64,000 bases of DNA from Centroscyllium fabricii (taxonomy: Eukaryota). The stretch covers positions 204,662,001 through 204,726,000 of the forward strand of contig JBNRSN020000004.1 in NCBI GenBank assembly GCA_051313645.2. The letters are read 5' to 3'. Below the pieces are notes generated by a model. It saw nothing but the letters and a program-made list of their open reading frames with translations. It was not told the origin of the DNA and did no database searches. The number at the start of each line of letters is the position of its first letter. Positions within the stretch are counted from its first letter, which is position 1. The position numbers and the translations under genes were made by a program. Positions 26,950 through 39,852 of the stretch are shown piece by piece.

Positions 26950-27708
26950 AGTCCCTATTTTAACTCCCCAACCACCCCCCAACCCCATGCTCAATGAGAA
27001 CGGGCATGCACGGGGTTAAAATAAGGGTCAGGTATCACCTCCCCATTCGCACCACACTCCCACCTGTCAACAATTTAGCTCCTGGGTTTCAGGAGGCGAG
27101 TGTGCCGCTTACTGCTGGCAGTTGAGGCCCTCGCAGATATTAAAAAGTCAGGGTCCTATGACGCAAATAGGAGCCCTATGCGATTTTAACGCAGTCATGC
27201 GTCTCTCACTGAGTGATGGACTCACCAAAGAATGTTGTCAGCCAGCAGAATTGGGACCAGATGAGGCCTAGGAAAGTCTGTTATTAAAAAATACATGGTT
27301 TGCTTGTGGCCCAGGAGGAGCAGGAGTGCTTCTCTGTACCCTGCAATGAAACCTTGGGCCTTCCTTACCCAGGTTTCCCCCCTACTCTCCCATCTGACCG
27401 CGATCGCCTCTGCACCCCCCGACTGATTTACCTGAGTGTCAGAAACAGTTCCCTCAGATCTCCGGTGGTCCTGCCGCACATAATTCCTCTCCCGCCCAAC
27501 TGCAAGCCATGTAGTGATTCCAGCCAGGTTCGGGCAAAAGCCTCACTTCAAACTTGGATTTGAGGCCTGAGAGTTAAAACAGCCTGAGCTTCATGCCGAT
27601 GTTGCTAAGCATGCTGTCCCCTCACTCCACCGCCCACCGCTCCCCCTCCCCCGCAATCCCACCCTCATCCACCCATGTTGCACTCGCACCCGAGTTAAAA
27701 TTGGGGCT
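26950..27708. mobile_element. Non-autonomous DNA transposon (MITE)
   Basis: 17-bp imperfect TIRs agtccctattttaactc / gagttaaaattggggct; no clear TSD. Confidence 0.5.
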
Positions 27709-28929
27709 TCTTTCTTTGTTTTTCCTTTATTAAGTACGCAATTTTTCGGTTGCACTTCACAGAATATTTCACTTAAAGGATTACAAAGTATGTGTTGTAA
27801 CTTGCATGGAGCATTTTCATTTGTTAACACCTAAAGCGCATTCACACCTCTGAACAAGTGGAGACAACTTGTCTGGCTCCGAAACAGAGGTTGCCAGTGG
27901 GCTGCATAGACCAGAAATCGCAAACTCCCACCACTGCCATGAGGGATTTTTATACCTGTTGCACACATGGTAGTTACTCTGGCTGTCATGCTGCAGTGTA
28001 CTTGGAAAGAGTGGCAATGTACACTGGGAGTGTATTTAGCTGCCATACTGAATGGCTCTATGATGTGGCTTGAGCATGGCATAAATTAAGCTGTCATTTT
28101 TGGCAGCATGTGCAGTGAGGCGATTTTGCTGTACTGTAACATTTGAGATGAAAATTTTCTGCCTTCAACAGTTACTGACAGATTTGTGTGATACATGCTT
28201 GAAGTGTCTGCTTGAGGGGTTGCAGTTAGAAATTGCCCTGTAGGTAAGGTATTGCCTGCATGAGCTAATCAAGCAGACATTCACTGAGATACTTTATGCT
28301 TTATCTTTTGTTACAGTTGTTCATTTCAATCAATTGAAGGAACATTTTTTCCGAAGTGTTTTTCATTAAGGTTAGATCTCTTAATCAAATGTTGAATGCG
28401 TAACAAGCTTGAAAATACAAATGGCTTATCTATTACCATATCACGTGTGTTCATTTTATACGTACTTCATATTTTTTTTTTAAACTATTTCTGCACCAGT
28501 ATCTCAAGTACTATATCTGTTTATTGGATTCTACCAGGCAGTCCACTCACAGTCGATAGCATAACATACATGGCGACAGCATGACCTTTTGCAGCATTTT
28601 AAACTCACTCCTTGTTACACTTAATCACTGCACTTGATGATAAAGGTAGTGTTATCCAGGTTATGGGGCTGTACTAATATACTGCACTAGTTCAGGGGCC
28701 ACATGGAGTAAAAGGACCAGGCAGCAGGGAGTTCGAAGCAAACAGCCACGTGCAGTGGACTGTCTTTGTGTTACCTAAACCCACTTGTTTATTGCTCCAT
28801 GTGTCTGATTAAAAGAACCCACACAACACATGGTGACAGCAACTGCACTTTTGTCAAAAAAACACGTGTGAAAGGAAAGGCGCGGACCCCATAGAAGCTT
28901 CAGTTCAACAAGCAGGAGGAGTAAATGAG

Positions 28930-29213
28930 AGGGTGATTCCATGATCCGGCACTTTCAGCGGGGAGTGATGCTTGCAGGGAGCATGCTGCTGGTGCTCAGC
29001 CCATGATTTTCCATCCATTCATTTTAATGGACAGAAGATCATGGGCTGCATTCCCGAATTTTCACCCTCAGTATTGCCCGCCTGTTTCATCCCATTGAAT
29101 TTAATTAGGTGAAAATTGGGCGGGTTGATACAATGGGCAGGCGATCCACTCGGCCAAATGACTTCCTAAGATACACTCTCCCCACTGGGAGGGCTGGATT
29201 GCGCAATCACCCT
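28930..29213. mobile_element. Short MITE inserted into the old Gypsy gag
   Basis: 9-bp TIR agggtgatt / aatcaccct; gag remnants lie on either side. Confidence 0.45.
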
Positions 29214-29442
29214 TTAACTTTATTCAAAACTTCTGGTTTATACAAAAAGGATGAGGAAATACAGATCTGTTTCCCTGATATTGGGGAAGAAGGATAAGAT
29301 ACTCGCTATTCATTTAAGCTAACAGAGGGAGGGGGTGCAATTCAGTCATGAACAGGTTGAGAGACATCTCATTATCAAGAGAAATATAATTTTCAATGGA
29401 CCAAAATTATATCAATGAAAGCAAAAATGGATTTGTAGACAG

Positions 29443-32400
29443 TGTAGCGCCAGCAAGGCCTAGGAACCACACGTGAGCCAGAGCTAGAGAAAACACAACT
29501 TTAATACACTAGAGCTAAACAAGAAAGAGAGTGAACCACTCGCAACAAGCATATTTAAACTGTCCCGCGGTTGGTGACGTCATCGCGTCGGCAGACGTGG
29601 TGACGTCGTCACGTCACCCGGATGAGCGGGGCTCTGCTCCGCGGAGTTCCCGTGGCGGATTCGGTGTCCCAGTGGGCGTGCCGCCACACAGCTCCCCCCA
29701 GAATCCGTCTGGGAGGAATAGTAAAAGAGTCTATGTGAGCCGTTGGGGTGGCCGGATAATGCGGCCGGACCATGTTGCATGTTGCTTCTGGTTCTGCGGT
29801 GGAGTGTGGGCGGGTTTTGTTGCGGGAGGGCGACCGCGTTGTGGTGGTTGTGCGGGGACAGTCGTCTCGCCCGCTATAACGTGTGCCGGCTTGAGCCGGT
29901 CTATTGTCACAGTTTCAGTCCTGTTGCCCATTTGCAGTTCGAAAGCTTCAGCTCCCGCCCGAAGCACTCTGTAGGGGACATCGTATGGTGGCTGTAGTGG
30001 AGATCGGTGTCCATCGCGCCGGACGAACACGAATTTTGCTTTTTGATGCCGTCCGGCACCCGAGCTGACGGCTCTCCGTGCCGGGCCACTGGTAGCGGCT
30101 GGAAAGCTCGTGCCGGGTTGGCGAAGTCTTTTAAATACTGGTCGGCTGACCAGGGAGCGTTGGGCTCGGCTAGGAAATCGCCCGGCACTGTTAATGTTTG
30201 GCCGTAGACAAGTTCTGCTGCCGAGGCGTTTAGGTCTTCCTTGACTGCTGAGCGCAGCCCGAGGAGAACCCATGGAAGGCGATCGGTCCACGACACGTCC
30301 TTGAGTGTGGCTTGTAGTGATGCCTTCATTGAGCGGTGGAACCGTTCGCATAGCCCGTTCGCTTGTGGGTGGTATGCGGTGGTTCGATGTAGTGTTACCC
30401 CGAGGTCGCGGGCGATGGCCGCCCATAACGCTGACGTGAACTGGGGTCCTCTGTCAGAGGTGATGTCGGTGGGCATGCCGAAGCGGGCGACCCAGGTGGC
30501 GATGAACGCCCTGGCCAAGTCCATGGTGCCGGTGGCGGTGAGGGGGACTGCTTCTGGCCAGCGAGTGTTGCGGTCGACCATGGTCATCACGTGCGTGTGG
30601 CCCCGGGATGGTGGTAGTGGCCCGACGAGATCAATGTGGACGTGGTCAAAGCGTCTGGCCGGCACTTTAAAAGTTTCCAGCGGTGCCCTCATGTGCTTAT
30701 GCACTTTGGAGCGCTGGCAGGCAATGCAGGAGCTGGCCCAGGCGCGAACGTCCTTGCGCAGGCCGCGCCATACGAACCAGGCCGAAATGAGTTTGATGGA
30801 CGCGCGGGTGCCGGGGTGGGACAGGTCATGGAGGTTCCTGAATATGTGTCGCCTCCAAGCGTGGGGGACGACGGGCCTGGGCTGCGGCAGGGATACGTCG
30901 CAGCAGACGACGGTGGCAGTGGGGCCGTGCGCGATATTGGCCAAGTGGAGGCCAGGGAGATTTGCTGCTGCGTTGAGCAGGTCTGGGTCAGCCAGCTGGT
31001 CTGCGGCCAGCTGGGCATAATCGACCGCCATTTGGGCGGCGTTAATGGTGGGGCGTGAGAGGCAATCAGCGACCACGTTGTCGCGGCCAGAGATATGTTG
31101 GATGTCGGTCGTAAATTCCGACACGGCCGCGAGTTGGCGCTGCTGCCTGGCTGACCAGGGTTCGGCGACCTTAGCCATCGCAAACATGAGCGGCTTATGG
31201 TCGACGAAGGCTGTGAAGTGGCGGCCCTCCAGGAGGAAGCGAAAATGTCGCACCGCCAGATGGAGAGCGAGGAGCTCCCTATCGAAGGCGCTGTACTTAA
31301 CCTCTGGGGGCCGGAGTTGCCGGCTGAAAAAGGCCAGGGGCTGCCACGAGTTGCCGGTCCACTGCTCAAATACGGCCCCGACCGCGTGGTCGGAGGCGTC
31401 GGTGGTGAGGGCTACTCTGGCGTTGGGCCTAGGGTGGGCTAGGAGGGTGGCGTTTGCCAGGGCGGTTTTAGTTGCGGTGAAGGCGGTGGCGGCGTCGGCC
31501 GTCCACTCGACCGCAGCCTTGTTGGACTGCCCGCGGGTGGCCTGGTATAAGGGGGCCATGAGAGCGGCTGCTCCCGGGATAAAGCGGTTATAAAAATTGA
31601 CCATCCCCAGAAATTCCTGCAGCCCTTTAATGGAGTGCGGGCGGGGAAATTCCTGTACCGCCTGCACCTTGGAGGGCAGGGGTATGGCCCCTGTTTGGGA
31701 AATACGGTGGCCGAGGAAGTCAATGGTATCGAGGCCGAATTTGCACTTGGTAGGGCTTAATATGAGGCCGTGTTCGGCCAGGCGCTGGAACAGGGTCCTG
31801 AGGTGCAGGAGGTGTTCCTGGGGGGAGGTGCTGGCCACGAGGATGTTGTCTAAATAGACAAAAATGAACTTCAAGTCCCGCAGGACCGAGTCCATGAGGC
31901 GCTGGAAGGCCTGGGCCGCGTTTTTAAGGCCGAAGGGCATCCTGAGGAACTCGAAGAGCCCGAAGGGGGTGATGACGGCCGTTTTAGGAATGTCCGCCGG
32001 GTGCACCGGAACCTGGTGGTAGCCACGCACCAGGTCGATCTTAGAGAAGATCGTGCAGCCCGCTAATCTGGCGGAAAAATCCTGGATGTGGGGTACGGGG
32101 TACCTATCCGGGGTAGTGGCGTTGTTTAGGCGGCGGTAGTCGCCGCAGGGGCGCCAACCCCCGTCTGGCTTGGGGGCTATGTGGAGAGGAGAGGCCCAGG
32201 GGCTGTTGGAGCGGCGGATAATGCCGAGTTGCTCCATGGTGCGGAACTCGGTGCGCGCGATCTCCTGTTTGGCCGGGACGAGCCTACGGGCGTGGGCATG
32301 GACGGGAGGGCCTGTGGTCGTAATAAAGTGTTCCACCCCGTGTTTGGCCTGGCGGGCGGTGAACGTGGGGTTGGTTAGGGCGGGGAACTCTGCAAGGAGT

Positions 32401-33893
32401 GTGCCGTAGGCATCCGAGTTCCGAGAGCGGCATTGGGCTGCCGCGTGGGCCAGGAGTGCGGGCCCTGTGGAGCATGGGAGGGTCGTCATGTTATTCATGT
32501 TGACCAAGCGGCGCCGGGTCACATCGACCAGTAGGCCGTAGGCGCAGAGGAAATCTGCCCCGAGGAGGGGTGAAGTGACCTGGGCTGTGACGAAATCCCA
32601 GGTGTACGTGTGGCTTGCAAGTGTAATAGTGAGCTTGCGGGTGCCGTACGTTTTAATACTGGAGCCGTTGGCCGCTGCGAGTGGCGGGCCCCGGGTGCCT
32701 TGTTTGGTTTCTGCAGGGGAGGCTGGCACGATGCTGTGCTGCGCGCCTGTGTCGCAGAGGAACCTAAGGCCTGTGCCTCTGTCTGTAACAAAGAGCAGTG
32801 CTCCTGTGTGGCCTACAGACATAGTGGGGGCTGGGTTGGGCCGTGGCTTGAACGCGCATGGCTGGATGCAGCGGTGCGCTTTGTTATCGAACCGCGTGTG
32901 GTAGTAGCACCAGCCGGTGCTAGAGGGACGCGGTTGCCTAGGTGGGCGCGGGGCCCTAGGTTCAGGCGTAAAGTTAGGCCTGGGGGGTGATTGGTTGCGC
33001 TCTACCGATGCGGAGTTAGGGTCGCACGTGGTTGCGTGGGTGTGCTGCGCCTCCATGAGCCTGTCGGCTTCCTCAGCGAGCTCGTCGTCGCTCCGTTGGC
33101 CAAGGGCCGCCAAGGCCGGTCTGATGGAGCGGGGCAGTTTAAGGAGGAAGACGGTGCGGAACAGGGAGGCCGGATTGGGTGTGAGCGCTTGCATCTGACC
33201 TAAGAGGTCCGATGGGTCTGCGTCCCCGAGTTCGGGGAAGTCGAGGAGCTGGCAGTCACGCTCAAATTGAGAGGGGGTAAAAAAAATTATAAGCGCGGCC
33301 TTAAGGGATTCGTACCTGCCTGTAGTGGGCACACGCTGTATTTTTGACCACATCCGATCGATCGTCGATTGCGGTAGGGCTGAGAACACCAGGTCGTAGC
33401 GGTCGTCCCCTTGGATGCCATGTGTGCGGCAGCTGGTCTCGATGCACATAAACCAGGCCGCTGGCCGTTGCTCCCAGAACTCGGGTAGAGTTAGTCCACG
33501 TCCGAAGTTCTGGCCAAGTCCTTGTGTTCGTGGAGCTTGGTTCCTTGCTCTTGCCATGTTTTCTGTTTAAAATGTTCTTTGGTTGGTGGTCCCTGATCCT
33601 GCGGCAGCTTTTCTTCTTTGGAAGTCGTTCCAATTTGGGGTCACCACTGTAGCGCCAGCAAGGCCTAGGAACCACACGTGAGCCAGAGCTAGAGAAAACA
33701 CAACTTTAATACACTAGAGCTAAACAAGAAAGAGAGTGAACCACTCGCAACAAGCATATTTAAACTGTCCCGCGGTTGGTGACGTCATCGCGTCGGCAGA
33801 CGTGGTGACGTCGTCGCGTCACCCGGATGAGCGGGGCTCTGCTCCGCGGAGTTCCCGTGGCGGATTCGGTGTCCCAGTGGGCGTGCCGCCACA
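29443..33893 (-). mobile_element. Young full-length Ty3/Gypsy LTR retrotransposon
   Basis: 246-bp LTRs at 29443-29688 and 33648-33893 (TG...CA, one mismatch seen), 4-bp TSD ACAG, PBS TGGTGACCCC (matches the tRNA-Trp 3' end), PPT tctggggggagc. Confidence 0.97.
29907..33557 (-). CDS. Gag-Pol polyprotein (gag, protease, RT, RNase H, integrase); probably inactivated. The integrase C-terminus continues in another frame to ~29731
   Basis: 1216-aa ORF: LPEFW gag start, CYYH..C..C knuckle, LCDTGA protease, [11 protein letters not shown] and YLDN (YLDD variant) RT, TTDAS RNase H, HHCC and HIDLVGP/SDRGPQF/NGLCER integrase. Confidence 0.93.
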   Translation of the reverse strand: MARARNQAPRTQGLGQNFGRGLTLPEFWEQRPAAWFMCIETSCRTHGIQGDDRYDLVFSALPQSTIDRMWSKIQRVPTTGRYESLKAALIIFFTPSQFERDCQLLDFPELGDADPSDLLGQMQALTPNPASLFRTVFLLKLPRSIRPALAALGQRSDDELAEEADRLMEAQHTHATTCDPNSASVERNQSPPRPNFTPEPRAPRPPRQPRPSSTGWCYYHTRFDNKAHRCIQPCAFKPRPNPAPTMSVGHTGALLFVTDRGTGLRFLCDTGAQHSIVPASPAETKQGTRGPPLAAANGSSIKTYGTRKLTITLASHTYTWDFVTAQVTSPLLGADFLCAYGLLVDVTRRRLVNMNNMTTLPCSTGPALLAHAAAQCRSRNSDAYGTLLAEFPALTNPTFTARQAKHGVEHFITTTGPPVHAHARRLVPAKQEIARTEFRTMEQLGIIRRSNSPWASPLHIAPKPDGGWRPCGDYRRLNNATTPDRYPVPHIQDFSARLAGCTIFSKIDLVRGYHQVPVHPADIPKTAVITPFGLFEFLRMPFGLKNAAQAFQRLMDSVLRDLKFIFVYLDNILVASTSPQEHLLHLRTLFQRLAEHGLILSPTKCKFGLDTIDFLGHRISQTGAIPLPSKVQAVQEFPRPHSIKGLQEFLGMVNFYNRFIPGAAALMAPLYQATRGQSNKAAVEWTADAATAFTATKTALANATLLAHPRPNARVALTTDASDHAVGAVFEQWTGNSWQPLAFFSRQLRPPEVKYSAFDRELLALHLAVRHFRFLLEGRHFTAFVDHKPLMFAMAKVAEPWSARQQRQLAAVSEFTTDIQHISGRDNVVADCLSRPTINAAQMAVDYAQLAADQLADPDLLNAAANLPGLHLANIAHGPTATVVCCDVSLPQPRPVVPHAWRRHIFRNLHDLSHPGTRASIKLISAWFVWRGLRKDVRAWASSCIACQRSKVHKHMRAPLETFKVPARRFDHVHIDLVGPLPPSRGHTHVMTMVDRNTRWPEAVPLTATGTMDLARAFIATWVARFGMPTDITSDRGPQFTSALWAAIARDLGVTLHRTTAYHPQANGLCERFHRSMKASLQATLKDVSWTDRLPWVLLGLRSAVKEDLNASAAELVYGQTLTVPGDFLAEPNAPWSADQYLKDFANPARAFQPLPVARHGEPSARVPDGIKKQNSCSSGAMDTDLHYSHHTMSPTECFGRELKLSNCKWATGLKL

Positions 33894-36733
33894 ACAGTAT
33901 TGTTACAACCCTGAAACTGTAGGGCAGCGCATTGAGAACATGATGCACTAAACAATGAAATGATTTGTGATAGTTGGACTGCAAGATGAAAGGCTGTTGG
34001 AAAGGCTTCAGCTTGATCCTGAGTTTACACTAAAAAAGGCAATATAGAATGAAGCTGTTAAAAAGCAACAGGCAGCAGTTAGAAACCAGCCAAATGGAAA
34101 AGTAAATATAGATCCCCTGAAGGCATAGGGAAAATCTCGGCAGCCAAACTTCTTTCTGGAGAAATTTACAAAAGAAGAGACAGGCACCGATAAACTGAAA
34201 GCTTGCTTTGGATGTAGGCATTCACCAGCACACCCCAGCAATTTGTGCCCTGATACAGACATGACACACTTGTTAGAAGAAAGAACATTTCCAGGCAATA
34301 TCCAAAAAACAGAATTCGGTCAGTCCCATTAAAGAGAATGAACATGGAAATGTATTTCTCCAGTGATTCAAACCCTTGGACTAATGCCCAGAGTAGAGGA
34401 AGCGGGAATGGCAAAAGTAGACTACAAATCAAAATATCTCATACTCTTCAAATGTCTGGTCATACTTTCTGAGAATACCAGTCAAAGTGAAACGTAATGC
34501 AAAATTATTTCCCATCCTTGTTTGCAAGTGGAGATGCATTCCAATGCTATCAAGGGTTAAAGATGAATGTGACAGAATGCAACAACTAAATGTAGTTTCT
34601 GAGCTGGAAGCACTCACAAGACTGGCAAGCTGACATTCTCATTGTCCCAAATCTAAAGGGCACAAGTTGTATGGATTTGACTAAGTGAAATGAAAGTGCA
34701 TATTGCCAAAAATGCTACCATCAGTAGACCAGACGCTAGACTAGACTTTAATCCTGCTGGAAAGTGTAAAAGTCTTTTCCAAACTGGATGCCAATTCAAG
34801 CTTTTGGCCACCAGTACCTTTGTCAACCCTATTAACAATATTTATTACAGCATTCAGGCAATTTTGCTTCAGAAGTCTGCCAATCAGGATTTCCTCAGCT
34901 TTGGCATCTTTTCAGAGGTTGATGTTACAGTTGTTAGAAAGTGTGATGGATCTAGAATTCATCTCGTTTTAATTTATAGGAAATCTTATAATGTATCTTT
35001 CTGTTTGTGACTATGCCAAGTATTGTGACAATTTAAAATGGCTTCCGTTGACTGCTTTTTGGAAGAGATTTGTTCTTGCCTTTGTGTCTCTGTGAGGAGG
35101 GGGGCGTTGAGCAAATAGACAGAGGAGCCTAGATTTTCTATTCTCGGTGAAGATCAGTGCAGAAAGGTTTGAAACAAATGCAAAGCCAAGCAGTAGAAAT
35201 AGTGTGCTGAGACTGCACACAGTTTTCTGTGGTCAGCTCATTATTCATCATTTTATTTGCAGCTTTGTTTTTTGTGCACAAAAATAACTTAATGGGGGTA
35301 GGGTTGCCACCCATGCTGATTTCATTTGGACAGTCCTGATTTTGGGCTTTGAGTCCCGTGTCCCCATCAACCCTTGCAGGGATGCTCATATGTCCCAATT
35401 TCTGTTGCAGTTGAGTTTTTTCTGACAAAACGTTAGATTTGATAACACAGTGTGCAGTAGTTCTAACACTTCTTACAAGACTGAAGATGGCGCGCGAACA
35501 CCACCCATTCACATACGTTCCTGCTGGTAGGGAATAGCGTCAATTCATTTGTCAGTTGTCAGTGTCACCCGTATGTTCCGTGGCAAATTTCTGGTTGCAA
35601 CGGAACATTGTTGAAGTGTGGAACAACCATGTTCAAATTTAATTCTTGTAAGTGAACAGTTTATGACAACTCTCCTGCTGTTTTATTCAGAACTGAAGGA
35701 TCACGTGTAGACCTATACTCCTGCACACGCAAATAATCATGATATGCGGAGGCTGGAGTATTAGAGAGAGAAAATGTGATTATTTATTGATAAATTGGGC
35801 ATAAAAAGCATATTGAATAATGCCAGGCAGGCTGAAAAAGTGTGGGTATATTTATCCTCACAAATCCAATTAAGGAATGTTCTGGCATGTCTGTATCTTC
35901 GAGAGCAAACCAAAAGGTGTCAACCCTAAATGGAGGACCAGAAAAATGTGATTCAGATAAAATTTCAAGCAATACAGACAGTTAAAAACAAATAGGGGCC
36001 CAAAAATCCTTCGAGCCTTTGGAAAGTGTTTTACATCATGTTACGTTTTTCATAATCTCATGTTTTACATCACAACACATTTTACGTTTTACAATGGCTC
36101 GTAATTTGCGGTCAGCAGTGATCAAAGGCGTTTGCCGCTAGCCCCAAAGAAAGCTGCCCACAAAGATCTCGCGATCTCTGTGGCGAGATGTTTGGCTTTT
36201 TCGACGTGCAGTTGAAATCAGTGTAGCTTAGTGGAAATTCCATAGCGCGATCTGCTGTGACATCAACAAGCTGTCTAAGCAGCCAATCACAATGCAGAAT
36301 TCTCAGACTGACAACCAGGAAGCGAAGAAGCTGCTTTTATTCTGACTTTTTAAAAATGCTATAGAGAGCAAAACAAAGATTGGCGCTCTCACATGGGGAA
36401 AAAGTAAACCTGAAATAAATATGAACAAACTTAAAAAAATATATAGGTTTTTTAAAGTTTTGTAAAAACTATAACTTTTATTAAAATTGATAAATTTGAC
36501 ACGCCACAAAATTAAAGTGAGTTTTTCAGGGCCATAACGTTTGTTTAGCAGTCAATACACTGTTAAAACCCCAGTTACACCCAATCCAAAAGGGTCTAAC
36601 TTTTAAAGGGGTATTTAACAGCGATATTACTGCGGAGAAAATTAAGTTTTCGTCAGTTTCACTGATTTCCCTGATTACACTGATTGCCGTCTATTTGGGT
36701 GGGGCGGGGGTGGGGTCAGTCATTCACAGCACA

Positions 36734-36940
36734 TGATGTGGAGGTGCCGGTGTTGGACTTGGGTGGACAATTGTAAGACGTCTCACAACACCAGGTTATA
36801 GTCCAACAGTTTTATTTGAAATCACAAGCTTTCGGAGAGCAGCTCCTTCCTCAGGTGAAGAAGGAGCAATGCTCCAAAAGCTTGTGATTTCAAATAAAAC
36901 TGTTGGACTATAACCTGGTGTTGTGTGACTTCTTACAATT
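36734..36940. mobile_element. Penelope-like element terminus arranged as an inverted pair (long hairpin)
   Basis: ~80-bp arms at ~36769-36850 and 36858-36940; 12-bp TSD attcacagcaca / attcgcagcaca (one mismatch). Confidence 0.75.
36822..36858 (-). ncRNA. Minimal type I hammerhead ribozyme motif (Penelope type)
   Basis: Minus strand reads UCAC-CUGAGGA-AGGAGCUGCUCUCC-GAAA-GC-UU-GUGA: stem I UCAC/GUGA, both core boxes, stem II GGAG/CUCC, palindromic AAGCUU stem III. Confidence 0.7.
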
Positions 36941-37404
36941 ATTCGCAGCACAGCCAGTGTTGGAGCTGTGAATGACTGACTGCAACCTCAGGATTTCAGT
37001 GTTCGGATGTGCATGCACTACATCCTGAAGTTGTGGTCAGTTCCAAAGGGGTAATAACACTGTTATTACCCACTGCAAATTCCCTTGCCAATGTGTCACA
37101 TTTGATGATGTATCATGTTTTATATTTCCGTCACATCTCATTTAATGGCACCTCACTTTTCCATTATGTCATGTTTTCCATAGCATCACGTTTAATGTCG
37201 TAACAAGTTTAGTATCACGTGTTATGTCACGTCACCTTTTACATCAGGTCACGTTTTATATCGCATCTCGTTTCAAACTGTCACGTTCTCCATTATGACA
37301 TGCTTTGTAGCTCCTCTCATTTTATAGCATGTCACATTTTATGTTAAGTTTTACTCCACGTCAAGTTTAATGTCACGTCACATTTTATGATGCGACACAT
37401 TTAA

Positions 37405-37873
37405 TAAAGAAAGACTTGCATTTATATAGCACCTTTCATGACAACCAGACCTCCCAAAGTGCTTGACAGCCAATGAAGTATTTTTGGAGTGTAGTCACTA
37501 TTGTAATGTGGGAAACGTGGCAGCCAAACTGCGCACAGCATGCTCCCACAAACAGCAATGTGATAATGACCAGATAATCTGTTTTTTAGTGATGTTGATT
37601 GAGGGATAAATATTGGCCAGGACACCGGGGATAACACCCTGCTCTTCTTCGAAATAGTGCCATTGGATCTTTTACGTCCACCTGAGAGAACAGACGGGGC
37701 ATCGGTTTAACTCCTCATCCGAAAGACGGCACATCCGGCAATGTAGCACTCCCTCAGTACTGCACCAGAGTGTCAACCTAGATTTTTGTGCTTAAGTCCC
37801 ATGGGAGTAGGTGCCTGAACCCACGACCTTCTGACTCAGAGGCGAGTGTGCTACCAACTGAGCCACATCTGAC
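37405..37873 (-). mobile_element. Deu-domain SINE (SacSINE1-like), full length
   Basis: tRNA-like head (tggctcagttggtagc...gggttcagg), Deu-domain and gctatataaatgcaagtctttcttt tail. Confidence 0.88.
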
Positions 37874-38374
37874 ATTGAGGTTTCATTTTATGTCTCATTT
37901 TATGTCACAATGCCTTTTATGTCACATCACATCATGCTTTTCATTGCAACGTGTTTTATGTCACAATTACATTTTAGGTTGTGTCACGATTTCCGTCACA
38001 TCTCATTTTCCAACACGTCACATTTTCCGTTGGGACATCTTTCATGTCACATTTCACATCATGGTATCTTTTAGACCTTGCCACATTTTACATTGCAGCA
38101 CATTATTTGTTGCATTTACATCACGTTTTACGACAGGTCATGTTTTACGTCGCATCTTGTTTTTCCGTATCAATGCGTATTATGTCATGGTTTATGTTAC
38201 ATCATGTTTCACGTCACATCACATTTCTCATCATGTTACATTTTAGATCATGTCACATTTCATGCTGTGTTGCATTTTCCATCGCATCACATTCTTTGGC
38301 ACGTCTCATTTTATGTCGTGTCACGTTTTATGTCATGTTTACGTCATGTCACATTTTACGTTGTGCGAAGTAAT

Positions 38375-39354
38375 AGCCCTGAATTTGGGGTGGGTATGAT
38401 GCCGTACTGTGAGTACGCTGTTATACCACCTTTGAAACTGACCACACCACAAGTTCTGGATCTCCGCATGCGTTGCAAATGTGCTAAATCCCAAACTTGC
38501 ACTCTGTCACGTTACAACTAGAGTCTTCGCTGCGTTTTTCACTTCCTGATAGGAATCAGAGTGCTGGCAAAAAGTTGGATGAATTGCCCAGCTACTCCGA
38601 ATGAACTACATTGAAAATTTTTAAGTCTTCTACAAACAGGTGGAGGAAGCCTGTTGCACAGCGTAAGGGAGCCGGAACATACCTTTATTTTGGACAGAGT
38701 ACTGGAAATCTTGTATTAAAAAAGAACAGCAAATATTGGAAATGTACAGCAGGATATGTTCAATTTAATTTTTATTTGAAAAATGCCAAAACATTTTTTA
38801 TCAACTGTAATCTGAAATACTTGTCCATTTCCCCCAGCTCAATCATGCAAATAATGGGTCAGCTTTTAAAGATCTGGGTTCAGAATAGTTTCAAAACTGT
38901 CTTAAATATGAGTGGAATTAAATGTAATTCAGATGTGAAAATTTAAAACTCCTGATATTAGGATGAAATTTAAAATATTAGTTTTGTCTTTTGTTACTGT
39001 TATTTTATAAAGCGAGGATTTCCATGCAAAAACTGAAAGTAGGGAAAGAGAGGAAGCCCGCCTTTAACATTAATAATATGTGGTATCATTTCCATTCTTA
39101 ACCTCTATGAGTGAATCCTTCCTCTTGTCACTTCACACTTAAGGGCTCAGCTGTAGCTTATAGGCTGAGAAGTAAAAGAAGCACCGCCCCACGTGATCCC
39201 AGGTTCACATACACACATGGGTACGCTCCTGGGATCCATGGGGAAGTACACTGTGTTGAGCTCTCGCAGGGAGGATCGCACGAGGTAGGTGCAGATTTCC
39301 TTGCGATGTCAGTGCCGTACTCCTTAGCTATGCCGCCGACTGCAAATTCAGGCT
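38375..39354. mobile_element. Non-autonomous PIF/Harbinger-like element
   Basis: TIRs agccctgaatttg / caaattcaggct; flanks AAT/CAT (imperfect 3-bp TSD). Confidence 0.55.
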
Positions 39355-39494
39355 CATTATGTCACATTTCACGTCATTACATTTTATGTCAGCGCGCCTT
39401 TAACAACACATCACATTTTAAATTGTGTCATGTCATTGCTCACATGAAGTTTCCCATTGCAACACCTTTTACGTCATGTTTCACATCATATTCA

Positions 39495-39710
39495 CCCAAA
39501 GACATGCAAGTTAGGTGAATTGGAGATACTAAAAAAAATTGCCCATGAGTATGTGTGTGAGATATAGTTCTTAGAGTTGGGGGTGTCGGGGGATATGGGG
39601 AGAGGGTTGGAGCGGGGGTGCTGGGTTTGGATGATCAGCCATGATCCAATCAAAAATGGCGGAGCAGGCTCGAAGGGCCGAATGGCCTACTCCTGCTCCT
39701 ATCTTCTGTA
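39495..39710 (+). mobile_element. HE1-like SINE, 3' part
   Basis: ccaaagacatgcaagttaggtgaattgg followed by the CR1-derived tail gatcagccatgat...gaatggcctactcctgctcct. Confidence 0.75.
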
Positions 39711-39852
39711 TTCCATTTTCCATCATGTCACATTTTATGATGCGTCTTGTTTAATGTCACATTTTTCATCAGGTCACGTTCTCCAATGCAATAAGTATTA
39801 TGTCACGTTTTATGTCACCTCGCCTTTAAAGTTACATTAGATTTATGTAGTA

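Larger units (their letters stand above)
28650..35775 (+). mobile_element. Ancient decayed Ty3/Gypsy element that hosts the young provirus
   Basis: ...acaaca followed by PBS-like tggtgacag at ~28831; gag remnants (KTSGLYKKDEEIQI; IVGLQDERLLERLQLDPEFTLKKAI) on both sides of the insertion; RT remnants (RVKDECDRMQQLNVVS; FSKLDANSSFW); many stops and frameshifts. Boundaries are approximate. Confidence 0.7.
36096..37089. mobile_element. Non-autonomous PIF/Harbinger-like element
   Basis: Imperfect TIRs ggctcgtaatttgcggt / actgcaaattcccttgcc and a 3-bp TSD AAT. Confidence 0.65.

Noticed and set aside
30007-33203. Multiple plus-strand ORFs antisense to gag-pol
   Set aside because: Expected shadow ORFs of a GC-rich coding strand; no recognisable domains.
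29443-33893. Provirus length (4451 bp) equals the satellite higher-order period (4451 bp)
   Set aside because: No shared sequence or mechanism; treated as coincidence.
37788-38521. His/Phe/Cys-rich ORFs
   Set aside because: Translation of the degenerate 17-bp repeat and SINE sequence.
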